NCBI RefSeq assembly: GCF_006345805.1
Contig: NW_021833810.1
Coordinates: forward strand, 1 to 54,550
DNA: 54,550 bases
Origin: Octopus sinensis
Taxonomy: Eukaryota
Direction: 5' to 3'
Position numbers and translations under genes: made by a program
Notes under the pieces: model-generated
Database searches by the model: none
What the model was told of the DNA's origin: nothing
The model's input: the letters and a program-made list of their open reading frames with translations, nothing else
Shown here: positions 48,531-54,550 of the stretch, in pieces
Position numbering within the stretch: position 1 is the stretch's first letter
Layout: every line of letters begins with the position of its first letter

Positions 48531-51341
48531 TCACAACTTTCGTGCTACATCCTTCCATCGTTCTTCATACACTCTCTTAGTCAGGAATTTTCTCTCCAGC
48601 CCTATCTTCCTTTTTAGGTGAAAGATGAAATAATTCATCAATCCAGGGCCGGATATGAACTTGCCTGACCGTAAACCTTTCATTCTCGTCTTCCAAATTA
48701 CCTCTTTCGCAATTGCTACTACAACGAGAAAACAATTCTTACCTTCTTTCGCGAGGAAATCTGGTGGGTCAATTTTTATAATAGACTCAGTCGACAGCTG
48801 TACTATTCGTGTGCTTGACAACAGCTGTTCGGCATAAACCCACACCTCTGACACGACCGAACAATGAACAATAGCGTGAGGGACGGTTTCCCTATCCCGC
48901 TCGCATCTTGGACATATCGGACTGTCTTGGCCACCGTGCCTTGCGAGTTTATCCCGAACAGGTAGATCTCTTCTGTAACACTGCCATGCCAGAGACTTCT
49001 GGAAGTTGTCCAGGGTCTTCGGCCCGTATGTACGTTGGAACAGACTGGCCAGCTGATTATCGTCGAGACCTAGGGCTTCCCCTAAGGTATCTTCACATTC
49101 CGCCTCTACTAACCCTCTATAGAAGAATGTGGTGGAACCCCCACCGCAGGCGTTGCCCGAACGACGGAATAGCAGGAGAGCCTTGCGACACTCCGTGTAC
49201 CATGTGCCCAGTTTCGATCTACGATTCAGCCAGGTTTCCCATCCACCGAAACTAGTGAACTTGGGAAACATCAGTATTCCGAGGGGAGACCACACCCGTT
49301 CACCATCAAGGTAGAGCCACAGATGTCTTAACCGCAGCGCATGTCTGCGCATCATCAGCCAGGGCATCCCTAGCCCACCCTTTAACGGTTGTTGACAGCA
49401 AGTAGAGCGTTTCACAAGTGGTTTCCCGCCCTTCCACAAAAAGTAGAAGAGCTGTCTTTCCAACTTAATCAACCACGAATCAGGGCAAGGAACGACAGAT
49501 AGGCGGTAGGTGATAACCGATGCGATAAACACATTGGCTATCTCTGCCCTTCCTTTAAGGGATAGCCACCGCCAAGACCAGGTCTTGGCTGCTGCAGCCA
49601 CCCTGCTCGATACCTCGCCCCAGTTCTTCTCTATTTAGAGGTCTGGTCCAAACCAAACCCCTAGCAACTTAATCGGACCCTCTGTCCAACGTCCCACGAC
49701 GCTGTCGGGAGGCATCGACTTGCCTCTCCAGGTGCCGAGCTGCAAGCCGACTGACTTTTCACGATTAACCTTTGCTCATGTCACCGTCTTGTAAACCTCT
49801 ATGGCCTTGCCTACCCTCTGTAGGTGATCCATTTCGGTTACGATGATGGTGATGTCATCCGCGTAAGCTGACACCGATTTTCCATAACCTGGCTGTCTCG
49901 GGATGCCGCTCAGTTTTCGCAGTAATGGCTCAAGAGCCACCACGTACAAAAGCGGGGAGAGCGGACACCCTTGACGAACCGAGCGCTTGATGTTGAACAG
50001 CTTCGAAAAGAAGCCGTTCACCCGAACTACCGAGTCGATGTTATCGTAAATTTGAATAATCCACCTAAGGAAGCCAATGCCCAGTCGGAACTGTGCCAGA
50101 ACGGACACCAGGTAGCGATGGTCGACCCTATCAAATGCTTTAGATTGGTCTAAATGGACCAGTGCCCCACCCTTGCCAGAATCGCTATTAAACCCCTCTA
50201 TAGTGTACCGCATAAGATGGAGATTATCCTGAATGGATCTGCCGGGAACGGCACATGTCTGTGCCTCCCCGATCAGACCATCCGCGACACGCGCCAATCG
50301 TTTCGATAACACTTTGGCCAAAATCTTCAACTCTGTGTTTAGCAGAGTGATGGGCCTGAAATTATCAATGCACTCCCTCTTGTTCGGATCCTTTCTGACA
50401 AGCGTCACTACTCCCCGGCGCACAGATCTGGGAATGAACCCGTTCTGCTGCCAGTTCGCATAGACCTCCGTCAGTAGGTGCCCGAACAAGTCTGGCATAC
50501 TCTTATATAACTCATAGGGTAGACCATCCAAACCTGGCGCCTTGCCCGCGCCGCAGTCCGCCATCGCCTCTGCCACTTCCTCAGGCGGGATTGGCCCTTC
50601 ACAGCCCTCCGCATCTCGCCCCGATAGGCGCGGCAGCCCGTCGAGGAGGTCCGTAAAGTCCCTCCTCCTATCCGGTCCGCCGCCTCCACCGAAAAGCTGA
50701 GCGAAGTGCTCCTGAAAGGCCTCACACATCTCCTCTGGTTTGTTTATCAACTTACCTTGTTGGTTCGTCAAAGATCGAATTGTGGCATCATTACCACGCT
50801 GAGCTTCCACCACTCGGGCCCATCTCACGGCGTTGATTCCCTCACAACCCATTGCGCGGATCCTAGCCCTGACAATGCAGCCCATGTGTTTGGCCTCGAG
50901 GTGCTGGTTTAACGCCAGTCTCTTGGCCGTCACCTGATCCGCAGAGCCAGTTCTCATGGCTTCCTCTAATTCCTTAACTAAAGTTGAATCCCTCCTAGCC
51001 CTCTAGCCACTAATCCTATGCTATATCTAATAGACTCGAATTTGATGGCTCGCTTGAGGGCATACCACCATTTGTTATTAATGATGGCACCAGATAGCGC
51101 CCTCTGAATTATAGTCCTAATCCGGTCTCTGTACTCCTTAATCGCCAAAAGGGACGTATTAAGTTTCCAATAACCGGAGCCTCTATTATTAACCTTATCT
51201 ATGTTAAGCTTACAGGTGACCATTTTATGATCACTGTAGCTGACCGGGTAAAACTGTGGTCACTTAGCTATTTCTCTATCTACTTTTCTAATTAGCTGCC
51301 AAAACGTTAATCAACCTGTTGTTGGCTGTCTTAATGGCCAT
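48531..51341 (-). pseudogene. LINE ORF2 (most of the endonuclease deleted, 1 frameshift, 2 in-frame stops)
   Basis: Track ORFs 49776-50957 and 48531-49601 are in the same frame; 50978-51223 is shifted. Confidence 0.85.
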
Positions 51342-51378
51342 AAATGTATTCGTAGTTTCTTTTCTTTTTTTTTTTGGC

Positions 51379-53607
51379 TCACTTTCTGGTTTCTGTTTTC
51401 CGTTTTTTCATGGTGATTTTTGACCACCCCTCTTTTTCTTTTTCTTCGCCGCTTGTTGTTTCTGTTGCTTCTTTGGTTTCTGTTGATTCTGTAGTTTCTG
51501 GTGTTTTCGCTTCTGATTTTTCTTTTTCTGGCGCAGCTGCTTCATGCGGCCTAGGTTGGCACTCCACTCTCACGTGCCCCTTTTTACCGCAGCCGAAGCA
51601 CCTCGGCTTTCTGCCCTCCACAAACAATATCACCCTCTCCTCCTCGCTGATCCTCAATGTCTCTGGAATTTCTTCCAACGTCTGAACCTCCGCCTGTATC
51701 GCCATTGAGATGCATTGGCCTTGCCAATACTCCTCCTCCTCTACTGTAGCCTGGAGGATAGTGATCTTGTCCTCCGGGCCTAACATCACTGCCGCCACCA
51801 GGCATGTGGTGTCTGTCTCTGGGGGAATGTTGTTTATTTTGATCTTCGAGGTCCTTCTACCTCTGTACAGGGGGAGGAGGACTATATTTTCCGCTTTTAG
51901 AGGTTCAGTTGATAGCTTCTTGGCTATCTCTTCTGTCCTGAACCTGACCTCAGCCGTTCCGAATTTTCTGCCACAGTTTACGAGGGGCGTTCAATAAGTA
52001 ATGCCCCTGACCCACTTCCCATAGCAGTAGAGCAACGAAACTTGGCACAGTTATTAGTCTTTTTCTACATAGGAACCATTCAGAATTACGCATTTCTCCC
52101 ATCGTTTGATGCAGCTCTGGAGACCGTTTTTGTGGAAGACCCCACCTTGGTCTCCAACCACGACGTGACTTCAGAAATCAAGGCTGCATCATCTGGGAAA
52201 CGCTTTCCTTTCAAAAACAACTTCATGGCTGGGAAGAGATGAAAATCAGAGGGTGCAAGGTCAAGAGAGTAGGAGGGATGGGGGAAGATTTCATAGCCGC
52301 ATGCCTGTGCTTCTGATCTGGCGACACGCGAGTTGTGGACCGGAGCGTTGTCCTGCAGGAGGAGGATGCCTTTGCTGATCTTGCCCCGCCTCTTGAATTT
52401 GATAGCTTCTCTTAATTTCCTCAAAAGTGAAGCATAATAGGCTCCTATAATTGTGGTACCCTTTGCCAGGAAATCTGTCATCACTAGTCCGTCCTGGTCC
52501 CAGAAGACTGTGAGCATGACCTTGCCAGCGGAGGGCAGCACCCTTGCCTTCTTTGGAGGAGGTGAGTCACGGTGCTTCCACTGCATTGACTGTGCTTTGG
52601 TCTCTGGATCATAGTGATGGACCCAGGTTTCATCCTGTGTAATCAGTCTTTTGAAAAATTTTGACTCATCTTCTTGGCATATCTCCAAATTCATCCTCGA
52701 GCACTTGACGCGTTCTTGCTTCTGGAAAGGTGTGAGCAACCTGGGAATCCATCTGGCAGACACCTTTTGCATATGCAAATGGTCATGAATGTTAGTTTTC
52801 ACAGACCCGTACTAATCTTGACCTCATGGGCTATTTGGCGAATAGTTATGCGTCGATCTTCCAAAATGGCAGCCTCAACTTGACGGACAGATGCCTCATC
52901 AATGGCAGAATGGGGGCGACCAGATCTGGGAGCTGTTTCCACAGAGTTCCGACCATGTTTGAATTCACGATTCCAGCATTTTACAAGGTCATATGATGGG
53001 GCATCATCACCACAAGTTACTTTCATTTCATCAAAAGTCTCCCGTGGTGTGCGTCCTTTCAAATACAAAACCGGATCACGGCTCGATACTCAACAGGCTC
53101 CATTTCACACTTGACTCAGTTCAAACACCTGTAAATCAGAAACGACAATCAATTCAGAGCTGTAATTTGCCACTTATAGAGATATAAATAATTGCACATG
53201 CAAAATTTCAGCTAGATCACACAACTGCAAGTGGGTCAGGGGCATTACTTATTGAACGTCCCTCGTATTTATGTGATGTCCTTCCATATTGTCTTTAGAC
53301 AATTCTCGATTTTTTTCTCTTCCACTCTTTGAATGGTTTTCATCGTCGTATTATACGTTTTGTAAATAATCCTTCTTTTATCTACTTCCTCTGTCTTTCT
53401 GACGTCCGGTATTACTGTCACTTCATTACCTTCCTTTTTCAAACATGCTGCATATTTTTCTAGGTTGCTTTTTTCAGTGTTAATTTTTTTCTGTTTTTTG
53501 CCCTCAACTTCTGCGAACTTCTTCGCTGGGGCTTCTTCTGTTTTCGGCGTCACCGCCCGTGAGCTTTCTTCACCTGATACAGGTGAATAGGAGATAGGAG
53601 GATCCAT
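51379..53607 (-). pseudogene. LINE ORF1 interrupted by a mariner
   Basis: Removing the mariner and one TA restores the frame: WKDIT*INCGRKFGTAEVRF...RCFGCGKKGHVRVEC. Confidence 0.8.
51981..53265 (-). mobile_element. Full-length 1285-bp mariner (DD34D; transposase 53103->52054)
   Basis: 37-bp TIRs with 1 mismatch; TA TSD at 51979-80 and 53266-67; WIPRLL, DETW, QDNAPVH, YSLDLAPSD; three 1-bp frameshifts and no other stops. Confidence 0.95.
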
Positions 53608-54199
53608 CTCCGGATGTGGCTTAACAAGCCTTTCAATTGACTTTAACAAGCCTTCAAAAAAATATGGCTTCGCAAGCCTTTTGTGTGTATTTTTAAATTG
53701 TTCCACAATAATTGTTTCACAATAATAATTCCCCCGCGGGGCGGGGAATTTTAATACGTAGCCTTCGCGCGAAGGCTAATAATAGTCTTACACAAAAGAC
53801 ACAATATATAAAACAAAGTAACAGTAATTAAATTAACAAACCGGTAATAAATAGCAATCGACAAAACAGACTAGCAATCAAGGAAAAATGGAAATGTTAG
53901 CTCTTCTTTTTTCTCTACATTGTATACTTTATAGACAATAGTCTTTTCTTTAATTTAATTTTTTATTATCCATCTGCACGCTAATTTTATTTTTAATTTA
54001 ATTCCCATTCATGTGAAACCACTTATTCAAGTTCAAATCATTGATGCAATTTTATACCAATTGCTATTTTTACTTATATTATACTTTAGTTTGATTTTAA
54101 TTATTACTTACTACATATAATTCAATTGTTATTATTATTTTTATTGTTAAAATGAAAGCATCTGACATAAAATAAAGAAATATTTTTGTTTCACTTTTA

Positions 54200-54364
54200 A
54201 CACGTAATACTGAAATAGTGGAGAAGATATGATATTGCTATGGGCTCGCTCTAGGCAAGAAGTTGAACATTTTTTTTGCCGATGACACTCCCCGGACCCT
54301 AAGTGAGGCATATGTAAAATTTGAATGAAATTGGTTGTGTAGTTCTCAAGTTTTAGGGAAACAC

Positions 54365-54419
<55 letters not shown>

Positions 54420-54450
54420 TACAGACATTCTCAGATTTATATGTATAAAG
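54200..54450 (-). mobile_element. Helitron-like 5' segment with (CAGA)n
   Basis: A|TC end and a layout similar to 45340-45449; no 3' CTAG/hairpin identified. Confidence 0.35.
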
Positions 54451-54550
54451 ATATATAATATATATAATATATATATATATGTGTGATGTCTTGAGCACCA
54501 TCAGCTCAAATATTTTTTCCTCTGTCTTCCCTTCTTGGGATCTTTCCTTC

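Larger units (their letters stand above)
48255..53750 (-). mobile_element. L1/Tx1-like LINE, near full length, inactivated
   Basis: ORF1 with a CX2CX4HX4C knuckle; ORF2 with APE remnant (SDHK), RT (DQSKAFDRV, QGCPLSP, YADD) and a C-terminal CPRC..ETVPH...C motif. Confidence 0.9.

Overview
Repeat-saturated, AT-rich animal genomic DNA. The tRNA-derived SINE families, the microsatellite load and the TE mix suggest a coleoid cephalopod, probably Octopus (inference). One host gene is supported: a 5-exon, minus-strand cytosolic sulfotransferase-fold gene (36687->27751, 298 aa, all GT-AG). Its ORF is intact but several PAPS-binding residues are replaced. The rest is mobile DNA: four SINE families, an L1/Tx1-like LINE interrupted by a full-length mariner, an RT-less Gypsy-like element, other mariner and pogo relics, non-autonomous Helitrons, an R4/Dong-like relic and Penelope-like (GIY-YIG) fragments. 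The most distinctive signal is a set of fold-back (head-to-head) insertions inside (TA)n tracts at ~17.0-18.8, 33.3-33.55, 45.83-45.96 and 46.2-47.2 kb. All carry hammerhead-ribozyme or hammerhead-like motifs pointing outward from the symmetry centre. Some of these could be long-read assembly artefacts, but the arms at 33.4 kb differ only by substitutions. Most ORFs in the supplied track are microsatellite noise.
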